Shown here: in pieces, positions 40,335 to 54,081 of the stretch
How positions within the stretch are numbered: position 1 is the stretch's first letter
Layout: the number at the start of each line of letters is the position of its first letter
Assembly (NCBI RefSeq): GCF_009914755.1
Contig: NC_060935.1
From: the human T2T-CHM13v2.0 reference genome, Homo sapiens
Direction: 5' to 3' (one strand)
Length of the DNA: 64,000 nt
Program-made: the position numbers and the translations under genes
The notes under the pieces: model-generated
Told to the model about the DNA's origin: nothing
Database searches by the model: none
The model's input: only the letters and a program-made list of their open reading frames with translations

Positions 40335-41330
40335 TATTCCAGTTGAAGAGAGTCCATATGACATTCTAGAGATGGCTGCATGCAAACATTTAAAACCTTT
40401 GAGAGAATACAGCACACCAGGGAGACTATTACTATGACTATTGGGAGGATGATACCAAGCGTTTGGTGTGTGCTCCTTACCCAAGGTCCCATAAACCAAA
40501 CCTCCTAAAATTAAACAAATCGAAGAATGAACTAAAGAGTTTACTCACTTGACTAAGCAATTTCTTCATCAATCACCTACCACTAGTTTCTATAATCTTT
40601 ACTTGATGTATTTCCTCATAGGCTACAAGTGCCAGCAGCTGCACAGGTAACTTTTCTGTTTAGCTAATTCTGTTATTTAGCATAGCTTTCACAAGAGAAT
40701 TTAAAGTCTGTTGTGTGACTGTAGCCTCTACAGTAGAATTTGCTATAGAACCTATCATGAGGGGTACATTTCTAATCATTGCTTCTTTTATTTTAAACCA
40801 TGGGACAAGGACCTAACAAATGAGGCCCTTTTAGAAGAAGGGTGAAGGAAGGCCTCCTGGCAATGTTCCCTTTAACCCATGACGTGGGTTAAGAGGAGTG
40901 AACCAGTGTTTTGTTTTTGACTGATTATGAGGCAACACATGTACCATTAAAGTGTCTTACCTACACTGGGCCTTCATCCTTTATCTATCAAAGTATACGT
41001 TTATCCATGTATAAGGCAGGCTGCAAACTCCTTCACAAATAAAAGTACACCCCATAAGTGCACAAAACCGACACCTTTTCCACTTCTATTGTTCACAGAG
41101 ACACAAGCAAGAAAAAACATTCAAAGATAAGAGTTTCATGACAGTAGAAGTCTTAATCTGTGAACTTGGGAAAAACTGTTCACATTAAGGATGCTGTCTT
41201 CTCTTTGGGAGAAATTTCCCTGGTTAGCTTTACCTCAAGGGTACCAATGGGTGCACAGTTCCAAAAGTGTGGAGGGACCCTTCTCAGTTGCAAGACCACG
41301 AACCGAAAGCCCAAGGTCCTGAAGTTTTGT
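40335..41330 (-). pseudogene. env: Decayed env (TM) remnant
   Basis: Minus-strand translations MIRNVPLMIGSIANSTVEATVTQQTLNSLVKAMLNNRI (heptad and start of immunosuppressive domain), CAAAGTC, and GPWVRSTHQTLGIILPIVIVIVSLVCCILSKVLNVCMQP (membrane anchor); frameshifts and stops between; upstream limit approximate. Confidence 0.75.
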
Positions 41331-44087
41331 TATAGTGTGGATGGCAAGCATAGTCTTTCTCCAATATTCTCGGAAGATCCAAGCCATAAGAAGCTTTTTT
41401 ACCTGGCGAAAATACACTATAGCATAATAATCTGCTTTTATAACATCAGCTCTCTTCCATGGGAAAGCTTTTAGACAAGCAGAAAACATGCATTGAAAAT
41501 AACAATTGAATGAAATCCCTTTACAAAATGTTTAAATGTCCCACCAGGTGACCAAATGTACCTGAAGCTTTGTTTTTCCAGGAATATGGGATCAAGCATT
41601 GGTTATAAACTATTTTTGTAAGTTGTAAGTCACTACACCAAAGTATTCAATTTGGATCATTATATCTTTTCCATAATGAGTCATGGAATGCAGAACTTTT
41701 AATAATAAAAGCTTTAAGGACTCAGGAAGGACAAAGTGGCCATCCGTTTCTCCGTGAATCCATGCTTAATTAACATTTGGCTTATATCGTCTTGGATACC
41801 AGTTGTTTTTCCAAATTAGGTGCATAGCACTGACAAGGAAATTTGGTTATTTTTGTGGTTTACAATAACTTAACATAGTAACCATAATTATAATTGATAG
41901 CATATTCTTGGACATTAGAATTTTAGAAATCCCATAAAATTTAGGAATATGTATTAGTATTATTCAAAAAAATATAACCTAAAGAAGATTGAACATCATT
42001 TTGGCAACTCCATGTACCTAAACACATAAAATAATCCTGTTTACTTTTCTTCTGGATGTTTTCAGGGGCCCTCATCCAGAAAGCCAGGCCTTATGAAAGA
42101 CAATTTTGAAACTGAAGTTTGGTTTTAGAATTCTAGATTACCATAAATTATTTATTTTGCCAAAATGATGACTCAAATTTTAAAGAAGCAAAAACCTTTT
42201 ATAACCTTAAAAAGAAACCACATTCTACTGTTCTTGCACACTTTGCATGTAAAACTGTTTTTAGTAGTCTTAATTGCATGTTATAATGGCGAATTTTAAT
42301 GGAAGGCCTAGTAAGTAATGTTCTGATAAGGCTTGACTGTTTCCAACATAGCTAGGGGCGTGGCCAACTCCACATGTCCCCAAGTCTTACCTAGCTGGAA
42401 AGCAGACAAGTAAAACAAATTTTAAAAGCCAAAAAAGCAGTTTATGACCTTAAAGCATTTAGCAAACCTAATATTTGAACATAATTTAGACCACATGTTT
42501 ACATTTTGAAGACATTTGTATTTTACCAATAATCTTGAAAACCATCTTTATTTCCCAAAGATTGCTAAAGCCACATCAACTAAAAGGCATTACACTTTAT
42601 GCTTTTCTGACAAAATATTTGATGTAATCTCTTATTATTATTAAACCATTAATTTAAAACTTTGCAGAGGAGGTTAACCAGTTTGCACAGAGAGAAAGAG
42701 GCCAGAGACTGACTGGTAAGAAATTCTTACCCTTTTGCCAGCATGCTAGGTTTGTGGGTTCTCTCTCCCTGAGCGGCCCTGGAGACCCTGCTTGACAATA
42801 TGCAAACAAACACATTGCCATGAATTAAGAATACACATAGATAGTTTACAAATTTTGGAGAAGCTAGCCATAAAGAGAGATATGACTTAAATTCTATTTG
42901 TAACAGTATACTAAACACACTTAAAGTATCAGGAAGCCTAAAATCCAAAAAGTTAGTTTAAGGATAAAAAGCTGGTGTGCTCCATTAATTCCTGCAGCCT
43001 GACAAAGGTAGCTTAGGCATTCCAGATAAATGGAATGGATGATGACTTGCTAGAAATGCATATGAAACAAAATAACTATTCACAGAACGAAATAAAAGCC
43101 TTCCACTAGAAACTAAAAAGGATCATGGTTTTATATATATGGATACACAAGCAAAGCCAGAGGTTAATAAACAGCAAATGAATTAAAAATAGAAGCAAAA
43201 ACAAATAAACAGAAAACCGGCCCTCAATTTTCCTATGCAATTTATCCTGGAGAGTACAGTGTTATCTAAGGCCTCCAAAACCCCACATACTGAATATTTT
43301 ATTCCTGATATACAATTTAATATTCTTAAGTTTACTAATATCATCATACATCCTGTGTAATCAAGAAATTCACTTTGGGAACATGACCAATTAGTACTCT
43401 AGCACTATCCATGCAAAAGAGTAAACATAGTGTGAAGCAATGCAAGCATGTATGTGAAATTTGGCTCCACACTAAATTCAGCTCCATGCTTAATGGTATC
43501 AAAAAAAAAAAAATTGCCGAACTGTCAATGCCTTTCTTTACAATACTTCTTATTTTACTTTAAGACTAAGAGCTTTAACTATGAAAATATTTATTAGTCA
43601 AATGTCTCTCATTCTCTATCAGGATTTAAATAATATTTTATTATTTAAACTCTTTCCACATCTTTCTCCCCTACTTAATGATTCCTTACTAGTTTCATAA
43701 ATAATCTTTTCAATTCTGTAATTTGAGCTAACTTTTAGATAACTTCTGAATTAGACAAAATTATTCTTTTTTTCCACTAGTAACATAACACTTTCGGTGC
43801 ATTTTTTATACAGAATTACATGTTAACTAACATTTTTATCCTTAGTAACCTAAAACTTTAGTGAAACCCTAAAAAGCAAGAAATCCTGAACTGTCAGATA
43901 TGGGCATTTATACATAAGTACAATCCCACAATTTTAGAAACATATTTCCCCTATCACAACCCTTTCTTAATTGGAAATGACTCAGATATTAAATGAGTAT
44001 CAAAAATAACTTTAAGATTTTAATTGACCCAAAACGTTTACCTAAAACATTTATCCCATTCACCGTACTTAATTTTTACTTTTAACA

Positions 44088-44315
44088 AGGGAGACATGAG
44101 ACATCAATCCACATACGTAAAACATTACAAATTAGTTTGGTCTGGAAAGGCGAGGAGGGGGATTGGGGGCTTTCAGATCATACGTGAGAGACAAATGGTT
44201 GCATTATTTTGAGTTTCTGATTAGTCTTTTTAAAGGAAGCCGTCATACATGGATTTATCTCAGTGAGACTGTGAGTAAAATGGGAGGCAGGCTCACCCCA
44301 TGCATCTCCCAGCTT
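44088..44315 (-). mobile_element. MER4 LTR-like fragment embedded in the proviral internal region
   Basis: gggagacatgagacatcaatc...gagacaaatggttgcatt...gagtttctgattag...atttatctcagtgag...aatgggaggcagg; lacks both LTR termini. Confidence 0.7.
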
Positions 44316-45772
44316 AAATTAACACTGACATTTTAAAATATCTAGCAAAGACAAACATAAAATTCAGAAAAAAATGTATGCTGACAATTCTGAAGGCCTT
44401 TCTATTTTTATTCCACCAATAATGTGAAAGCTAGCTTGTTTAGTAAAGTTATACTTAGGTCACATGAACTCAAAAATTGCTTATTTACTTAATTTATGAA
44501 TGCTCTCTTATTTAGAAGCCAATGTGGTAGACACAACATATAACAATAAGTGTACATACAAGTAAACACATCTAGACGTGTATACACACATATATACAAA
44601 GATCCAATAGCTTGGAACGTTAGCCATGAGATAGCAATACAAACTTGCCAGTTTTACTTTGCCCCAATGGATAATTTAAGGAAGGCTGTGAACCAAAATT
44701 TCAGGTAAAGCAGTCTCTGTGACAGTTAGATGTTTAAAGGCTAAACCTCCCCAGACTCCCAGGAGCACTGGGGCCAAAGAATACCAAAGAAGGTTAGAAC
44801 AGCAGCACAAAAGCCTGGATACATGCAATGCCATCCCACTTTCCCATTAGACAGTAAACTTCAGATTCTAAACAATTTTGGGGCCAAGCAGCATTGCAAC
44901 TGCGAGAGAAAATTCTAAGGAGGGCTCATTACTGTACCTCACCTCTGCAGAGAGCATCTTCTTTGGAAAGTTTGAGTTCCGGATGATCCCCTCCGAGTGT
45001 CCTCCTGTGGGGTTCAATCTTAAGAGTTCCAGATGTCTCTTGGCCTTAGGTGGGCACCGGTGCCACTTTGCATGCATTCCCTCCAGAGCCTACTGTGAGC
45101 TGTTTCCTGGGTGTAAAACTCGACTTTCAGCATCCTTATAATTTGATAAGGCCACGCTTATCAAATCCCATTCCATAACTTATCCCATTCCATAAACTTT
45201 AATGACAGGAACTGGAGGCTTGGTGGGTTTCCTTTGCCCTTAGCCAGTTGAATAGGGGAAGTGAAGAATTTAGCATAAGAAAAGAAAGTTTGAGTCACCT
45301 GAAACAGGTAGTTTGCTCCAAACTGCACCACACATAGGAATCAGGGACCAGGTGTGGAAAAGATTTTTAAAAAGTCCTTTCCCCTTCTGGGTAGGGCGAT
45401 TATTCCCATTTGTTCCTAGGCCTTCAGGCAACACTGGGGAGTGACCTCAGCCAATTGTCCTCAGTTTCCAAGGAGCTACTAGGAAACAGCCATTGAAAGA
45501 CGGAAAAAAAAAAAAAAAAAGAAGAGTAAAAAAATGAAAAAGACCCAGATTCCTTAAGCAAATTGGGCAGTGGTGGTTGGGCTTTGCCTGTGGAAACCCC
45601 TTAGTTTCACTGACCATGGCCAGAAACCTGCAGTTGCTTCCATGTTTAGGTGCTGCCCACCAAGGGTCCCAGGTTGGAAAGGAAAAGAGAGAGAAAGAGA
45701 TTCGCCTGTTTGGAGCAGAAAGGAAAAGGAGAAAGGAGAAGAATAAATCCCAAACTTTGGGCTTATCTCTTC

Positions 45773-45790
45773 CTCCTGGCTAGCTCGCCA
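45773..45790 (-). other. Primer binding site, tRNA-Arg(ACG) type
   Basis: Plus strand ctcctggctagctcgcca vs tRNA-Arg-ACG 3' end CTCCTGGCTGGCTCGCCA (17/18), 5 nt from the 5' LTR. Confidence 0.88.
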
Positions 45791-45795
45791 AAATA

Positions 45796-46152
45796 TGTTA
45801 ACAGTGAAGAGTGTCTATGTTCTTGGCGTCTTGAACAAAGAATTGGACAAAATGCACAAACAAATCGAGGAAGGAATGAAGAGATTTAGTAAAAATGAAA
45901 CTACATTCCACAGTGTGGGAGTGGGCCCGAGCATGGGAGTTCAAAGTCCCTGTTACAGAATTTTTGAGAGTTTAAATACCTGCTAGGATTCCATTGGTTA
46001 TTTGAGGTATGCCCTATGTAAATGGAGAGGAAGAAGTAAAGTTACAAAGTCGTTTACATGGCCTATACCCTATGGAGAGGATATTTCCTGTTACAGCTGA
46101 AGTGTGAATTGGCCTTATGTTCCCTGCCTCCAGACTCTGTTTTCCTTCCTCA
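45796..46152 (-). mobile_element. 5' LTR (MER51A-like, 357 bp)
   Basis: TG...CA ends; CCAAT and TATTTAAA on the minus strand; followed by the PBS. Confidence 0.9.
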
Positions 46153-47659
46153 CTCCCTTGCACTATTATTTAGACAATTGATAGATTATCTATTCCATCT
46201 TATAGGCAATTGCCAGGAAAGTTGTTTATAGTTACTGCTTTTAATTCTCTGTGTCCTATTCTGTTGTTAATTATCTCCAATTAGGTATTTATTCCCTACT
46301 GAAGCCATTCTATTTAAGTACATGAATAACTACTATCCTGACTCTAAATGTGCCATTCTTAGAAAGTTCACCAATGATTGACTCTACCAACACCATCTTT
46401 TCAGCTTTATCAGTGAATACCATTTTTCCAAATTTAATCATTTATATGTTTTACTCTTACTTGAACTCTCAGCAGCTTTGACAAAATCATTACTTCCACC
46501 TTATTGAAACACTTTAATGTCTTAGTGAAATGACCTCATTAAAGTCACAGAGCCTTAGTTTCACATTTATAAATGAGGGTAATTATCTTGCAGGATTGTT
46601 AAGATGATTCAATGAGGTAATACGTGTAAGAATTACCAGTGGCTGGCTTTTAGGATGGACTCAATGAAGAGAAGCAAATGTAATAATAATTAATTCCTTA
46701 AGTATGCTAATCTTGTCTGTAGGTCATTTCTTTATGAATTACAAATGATCAGAAAGCATTCCTATATTATATACTACTTCAAACTCAATTTCGATCATAA
46801 ATATAGCAAAATATCTGAAACATAAAGGTCCAGTAAATAATTGTTACAATTTATGAATTCCACTATTGATTCAACTTCTTTTTTAACAAGGAAGCATCAA
46901 ACTAAATAATTCGCATGCTTATTTTTCAGCAGGAAAGTTAGAAAATTGCCTGTGTTGTCACCCTATGCTGACTACAGCTCAATTTTTGTCAACATGGTTC
47001 AAAAGATATTTTAGCATTTACCTGATACATGATATTGAAGACTTAATTTCTTCAGACAGTGGAGCCACAACCTAGTGTTGAAGTCCCAGATTCCTTTAAT
47101 AAGCCTCTGCACTTAAACTGTGTGAATTCACAAACCGTATTTTTTTCTTATTGTAAAATTTGTTATATTAGAGCTTTAATTACAGATAAATTATTAAATT
47201 TGTTGTTCCTATATAGATGTACTTTTCCTAAGAGGAAAAATACTAAGACTAATTTCAGTATGTTTTTAAATTGACATCATCTAACACAAATTGTCGAATA
47301 TAACCAAAGCTGTACATTTATCGTGGTTTATATTACCCATATGTAGCACAAATTCTAATCCCCGTGTGTCTGAGTTATGGATGCTTGGAATCTTCTGTGA
47401 ACTTTCATTTCAGGCTTTATTATTTCTTATGAGAGGTAGCCTCTCTAGACTCAACCCATTACAAAAAAATTATGCCTGTATTTCCTCCATCCCTTTCAGT
47501 CAGCTAAATATATTCACATCAATGCTGAAATAGGAAATTAGTTTTATAGTAGCAAGATCATTATATGATAATTGTTTCTTATAAGGCTATAACCTTGGAC
47601 AAGGGGATAATAGAAAGCAACTTTATTCATTTAAAATACAGCACATGTATCTTTTTTTT

Positions 47660-48425
47660 CAGTCACCAATCTGTGTCTTATTTCATCTCTAACCCAGCTC
47701 CTCACTTCTTTTTATAAACTTTCCTTTTATTCACTTGGCTTCAGATATAACACATTCTCGAATTTTCTTTTTACTTCAGTGGTAGCACCTTCTCAATCAT
47801 CTTTGCTTACTTTGTTTTTTCCCATTTCCTCAACCTGAAGCAGTGGAAAGCCTTAGGACTGGGTCACGTTCTTATTTAGAAACATTCACTCCCTAGGTAA
47901 GCTCATTACCTACTTCCTCTACTTTAAATACTAGTGATATAATGGTGAGTGGTAAATTTTAATCTCCAGCTCTGACCTCCTACCTACCTTTCAGAACCTT
48001 ATACTGTATTCAGCTGACTACTTGACATCTCCACTTGGATTTCTGATCAGTGTATCTAACTTAAAAGATCCCAAAGGTATACAATTGATTCCCTGTTTTG
48101 TCAATTATACCTCCTATGCTAGGGATTCCTATCTCATTAAGCTGCAACACCATTCATCCAATTGCTCAGGCTAAGACATTGTATTTCTCCTTTTTCTGCT
48201 AGTGTGCTTTATCTGAATAAATAGTACCACCATTTACCCAGTAAATTGATCACCCTTAAGCCTTAATTTTGAAGCTTCCTCAGTTAGTCTCTTGCTTCCA
48301 TTTTTGTTTATCCAAATTAGTCCTAGCGATTATTAAGAGGAAGAGTTGCCTTCAGTTTTTCCCTCTATTATTCTGTTCTAGCCACAGTGATTTTACTGTT
48401 TCTTGACTACATAAATACATGCTTA
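47660..48425 (+). mobile_element. L2 fragment(s)
   Basis: atctccagctctgacctc...ctacttgacatctccacttggat...caccattcatccaattgctcaggc. Confidence 0.7.
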
Positions 48426-48530
48426 ATTCAGAGTATTTATTATCTATCGTATCCAAAATACTGGTTGACTGGGCTCAGTGCAATCTCATCTAATGGCACT
48501 TCATGTTGTTTGATGACAACAGATAAAGTT

Positions 48531-48588
48531 TTATCCTTTGAATTGGAAATGTAATATTGTCATCCTTTGAGTTGGAAGTGTAATATTG
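48531..48588. repeat. 29-bp tandem duplication (2 copies, 3 mismatches)
   Basis: ttatcctttgaattggaaatgtaatattg / tcatcctttgagttggaagtgtaatattg. Confidence 0.92.
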
Positions 48589-49125
48589 AATAAACATGTA
48601 ATTCACTACTTACTTGATACCCCAAATGACACTCACTAAATAGGTTCCTGTACCTCTCAATTCTAAGAAACACTGGGGCCCTGATTTCCAAAACTGCTGA
48701 AAAGAAGATGCTCTTTTCGTTTGTGTCTCTTCTTTCCAACCCTAAATCACTTGTTTGAAAGATTCACAAAGGCCTGCAGGACGGAGAATCAAGTTAATTT
48801 AATGTTTTACTAGCAAGCTTCTGCTTAAAAAAAAAAAAAGATCTAAATCATACCCTTTGCTCAATGCCACTACTTAATTTCTGTTATTCATTTACAGCCC
48901 AGCAAGAACTATTACCAATATGATTTCTAATATAGAAGAGCTATAGTAACTCACAATAAAAGAAAAAAACCTCATATTATGATAATTCACAAAATATTAA
49001 TAAGCATTCATATAATTAAATACTCAAAATACCCAAAATGGATTATAAATCATCTTATAGTGATTTTTATCCTAATAGTTTGATTTCAATTCTGAGTAGA
49101 CCTGAAATTTTTCTTAAATGTAGAA

Positions 49126-49352
49126 CAGTGGTTCCCAGACAAGAACAATTTTCTCTTCCAGAGGACAAATGTCTGGAGACATTTTTAATTATCACAACTT
49201 GGGGTTGGTGGAGGATGTTACTGACATCAAGTGGATAAAGGTCAGGGATGTTGCTAAACATTACATACATCCCTAAGTGCATCCTACATTGTCTTCTGCA
49301 CACGAAGAATTATCTGGCCCTAAATGCCAAAAATGCCAAGGTTCAGACATGT
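49126..49352 (+). mobile_element. MER20 hAT-Charlie MITE
   Basis: cagtggttccc...aatgtctggagacattttt...gggatgttgctaaaca...aagaattatctggccc. Confidence 0.85.
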
Positions 49353-52300
49353 TAATCTGCAGTAAGTAAATATAATAGCAGAAATTTCACCAGTAATACT
49401 CTTTTAGAAAATTACATACTTTTTTTAACTTGTGTGAGCTATATACAGTAAGGTATAAAAATTAATTTGTTTTAAAGAAAGAAATCATAATAAAACACAA
49501 TTGAAGGTTATTTTTAAAATTACCATAATGCAACATTAAACTTTCTATATTTTACAAAAAAGAAAGCATGAAAGATAATATGTAGGGTTCCCCCTCCTCT
49601 CACCCCTTAGTTTTCTTATTTATGATTTCTTCATGAATTTGTCTCTGTTTATAGAAATTGTGTTGTAAATGTATGGTAATTATAAATTTATTAGGCATTT
49701 CTCTAAAAGAATGCCATGTTCTTTAAAAATTCATAAATATTCATGTTTTCTATAAAACAGTAGTCATTTTCTAAGATGTTTATGAAAACGTGTGGCATTT
49801 AAGAGGTTATCTGAAAATGTGACTAAATTTAAAGCCAAAGAGAAGTTTAAAGTTAAGAGTTGTGAGCAGCAGATCCAATAAAAAGACCATAAGGCCAGAG
49901 GAGGAATATTTTCCTCTACACAAAATTGATTTTTCTAGAAACCATCAGGGTGAAATGAATTATGTTGTTCTTAGGATTCTTCTTTAGATTGTTTTCTGTT
50001 CTTTATCTACCAAATACTTTCCAAGGAAATTTTATTTGTTCTCCTAGCTTTAACTCTTGCTTGTATACTGATTTCACTGAAATGTATGATCCTCCTTAGT
50101 TCTCTTTCCTGAGTTCTAGGCGTAACTATACAACTGGATGCTTAACAAAACACCAGAGAGAATTCAGAGTGTTGGTCTAGGTTGGTTTCGTAGACAAATG
50201 AACTTTGCAGTCACACAGGGAGCCACAGCCACAAGGGCATTTTTATTTTGCACAAGGTCACAAAGATTATGCCGCCTTTCTCCTGTATGTCAGAGTCTGA
50301 ATTCATCCTTCCCACTAGACCATTTTCTCCTAATAATCAGTAATCTCCAGTCCATTTCCTCTGGGTTTCTCGCTCTATGTAGGCAATAGCATTCCACACT
50401 TTTAACTACTTTTTAGATGTTTATTTCCATGTTTTCAATAGTATCTTTGTATTGTCATTACTTGACTTCTCTGTTTTAGAATTCCTTTGGCTCCCCCTTA
50501 TACAAGGTGAATAGTCAGTTCCCTAACACCCATTCCAAAAACAAAACAAAACAAAAAACTTCCCTTTTTCTGTGCACACATAGGGATTATATCAGATATT
50601 TTGGTCAATCAACCCCTAGGTTATATATTATTGTGACTATGTAAATATTATTCACATATCAGCTACATTTGACACTTTGGGTATATTTATTTTCTTATGC
50701 TTCCTTTTATTTTCTCTGAGATAATATCTGAATCATATTAAAACACTTCTTTGAGACATCTCTTCTTGGGTCTTTGTCTTCCCACTTAAATCTGGCTGTT
50801 TCCTCTCTATGTTTAATAGGATCTCCCTTCAGCATATCATGGGAATTTCCTTATCATTTCTCCTATGTTAATTTTTTTGTCTTATAACTCCATGAATATT
50901 TCTCTTTATTTCTCATTTGATAAAGTATATCCCAGAGTATTTTCCAGGAAGGGATGAATATAAGATTATTTTTGAGATTTTGGGCAGTGGATATTGTAAA
51001 TTGGAACTATTCAGTGTCTATTTTCAGTACCCTCTAATGTAGCTACCATTACTTCATTTCTGCCTGAAAAGCTGTAAACATTTCACAGATCCCCTTTGTA
51101 GAGAGGGTGCTGGATATAGTTTTTATTTCACCAATTACTCACTTTTTTTTTTTTTTTTTTGTAAAATTTAGACAGCAGGAGGCTCCACTTCAACTATTCT
51201 TTCTGTTTTTACTGCTAAGCATGGTCTTAGAAGGCTTTGGACTTTCTATAGCATTGTCAGGTATATCCTTGTCCAGTCATGAGTTTTCTTATTGTAAGAC
51301 ATATGGCCCAAGGCATCTATTTTGTTGATGTACATCACAGTGGGCCCAATGTAATAGTAGATCTAGGTAAAATAACAGTAGTCACAGTCACAGCTGAATA
51401 TTATACTTCACACACACACAATCTGCCAGTAGCGGAATTCAATGTTCTGTGTCCAATACACCACTAGCTACTGGTGTCAGTCTAATATATTAGAACTTAT
51501 ATTTCATTTGTTTCTTTATTTAAGTCTTTTAATTCTCTCCTCCCTATGTTCATAATTTCCTTTAAATCTTTAAGCATATTTCTAAGGGCTACTGGAAACT
51601 GTTTGCTAATTTCATTATCTCATTCGTGTGAATATTATGTTTCTAGTATGTAAATAATGCCATTCTGAATTAAGAATGTTAAAATTTGTATTGAAAAGCA
51701 TTTAATTTGATTGAGGACCAGCTTGATCATTTTATCGGCAGCAGTCGAATAAGTGTTACTCTAGGAAATATAAACTACTGTGATGTTTGTGTATCTAGAG
51801 AACGTTCCAGGTATTCAATGTGATCTCTCTAATCTAATGGGCAGTTGAGCATCTCCTGATCTTTTGTGTGCTCTGGTAATCATTGATGTTACACTTCTCT
51901 TGTCCTTTGCCTAGCATTGTTGAATTTTATAATGTGTAGGCATTAATTCTTATTCAGTGAAAGAATCAAAAGGACATATATGCATTTTAGTCTATACTAT
52001 GGGCTTTCTCTGTGTTCTTCCTTTGACTGTAACACTCCATATTACAAATTCAGTTGACTATCTTATCTCCTCAAAACTTAAACACACATATACACACATC
52101 AAATCCGGTGAGGGCTTTATTTTTGGTATTTTATTATTACCATTATTAAGGTTAGAAATTTTGCCACATATTTGAGGATCCTTTGGTGTCTGTTTATATA
52201 TGGGGATGTAGTACCAAGAAAAAAAAGTAGATTCTAACATTTTATGTTTATGTGTGGGGTATAATACAAAGATAAGTCTCATCATCTGGCTAGACTCCTC

Positions 52301-53340
52301 ATTATAAAAGACCCAGTTATAATATTTATTTGTATTTTTCTTGATTTATTTACTTTCTGAAAGATAAATATTCTAGTATATTGCTATGTGGTATAATCCT
52401 GGCTTTCCAACTTTTCGGAGAGCTAAGTGGTATCAATAGCGATGAGCCCCCACACTTCTGGATGTAGACCTTCATTTTATTACTTTTTATTCTAGTAGAG
52501 TTTCATAGTACTCAGTTAAGCATAGTTCCAAAATGACTAGAGTAATTCTGTATAACTTTTCACCAGATAAACCTACTTTTTATGGTTTTGAAATAAGAAG
52601 TAGATGAGGAATTCCATGCTGCTTGGAGCATCCTGGAGTCTGGCTTCTCGTATAGTCAGAAATTATTTATGATTATCTTCCCCAAGTTTACTATTATCTA
52701 CAGTGATACCTGGCTTCTGTAATTTTCTCCTATTTGTTGCATTCTGTAATATAATTTTATTGATTACAGTATTCTTGCTGTTACTTTGGTTACCATATCA
52801 GTTAGTCCATCTTTTTCTACATTATAAAATGTTGCTTGATTTTTACATTTGTATTGTACATGACTATTTCATTTATTTGTGTGATCCATTTTGTGCTTAT
52901 GAAAATACCTTTAATGCTAATTTAATGGAATTTTAAATAATTCCAAAGCTAGTGTTTATTTTTATTGAGAGTCATAATGTTCTTTTTATCTTTTTAAAGT
53001 TTCATTTAAAATTGACATATAATTGTACATATTTACTGGGTTTAGTGTGATGCATAGATTGTATAATGACCGAGTCAGGGCAATTACCATATCTATTACT
53101 TTATACGTTTATCATTTCTTTACAGTGGAAACATTCAAAATCTTCTCTTCTAGGAATCTTAATATAAATATGACATTGTTATTAGCTATAGTCACCCTAC
53201 TGTGTTAATAGAACACCACAACATATTCTTCCTGTTTAACTATAACTTTGTATCTGTGTATCTGTTTGCCAACCTCTCTCCAACCCCCTTTCATTCTCTT
53301 CTCACCTTCTGATAACCACCATTCTACTCTCTACTTCTAT

Positions 53341-53678
<338 letters not shown>

Positions 53679-53879
53679 TGAATGAAATCATGTGGTATTT
53701 GTCTTTCTGTGCCTGGCTTATTTCATTTAACATAATGTCTTCCAGGTTCATCCATGTTGAAGCAATTGACAGGATTTCATTCTGTTTTATGGTTGAATAG
53801 TTTTTCGTGGTATATATATAATATATTATAATATATAATATATAATTATATATTATATATATATATATATTTAGTAGAG

Positions 53880-54081
<202 letters not shown>

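Larger units (their letters stand above)
38999..46152 (-). mobile_element. Two-LTR ERV1 provirus, MER51A-like LTRs with MER4-group internal region, about 7.15 kb
   Basis: LTRs at 38999-39685 (with Alu) and 45796-46152; 4-bp TSD ctcc at 38995-38998 and 46153-46156; tRNA-Arg PBS; PPT-like AGCGGGGAAA before the 3' LTR; env relic. Confidence 0.92.

Noticed and set aside
45773-45790. Match to the 3' end of tRNA-Arg as a possible tRNA gene
   Set aside because: Only 18 nt including CCA, adjacent to an LTR; it is a primer binding site with no cloverleaf
52340-52660. Non-repeat-looking segment considered as a possible exon or processed-pseudogene fragment
   Set aside because: No recognisable protein similarity, no sustained open frame, no tail or TSD
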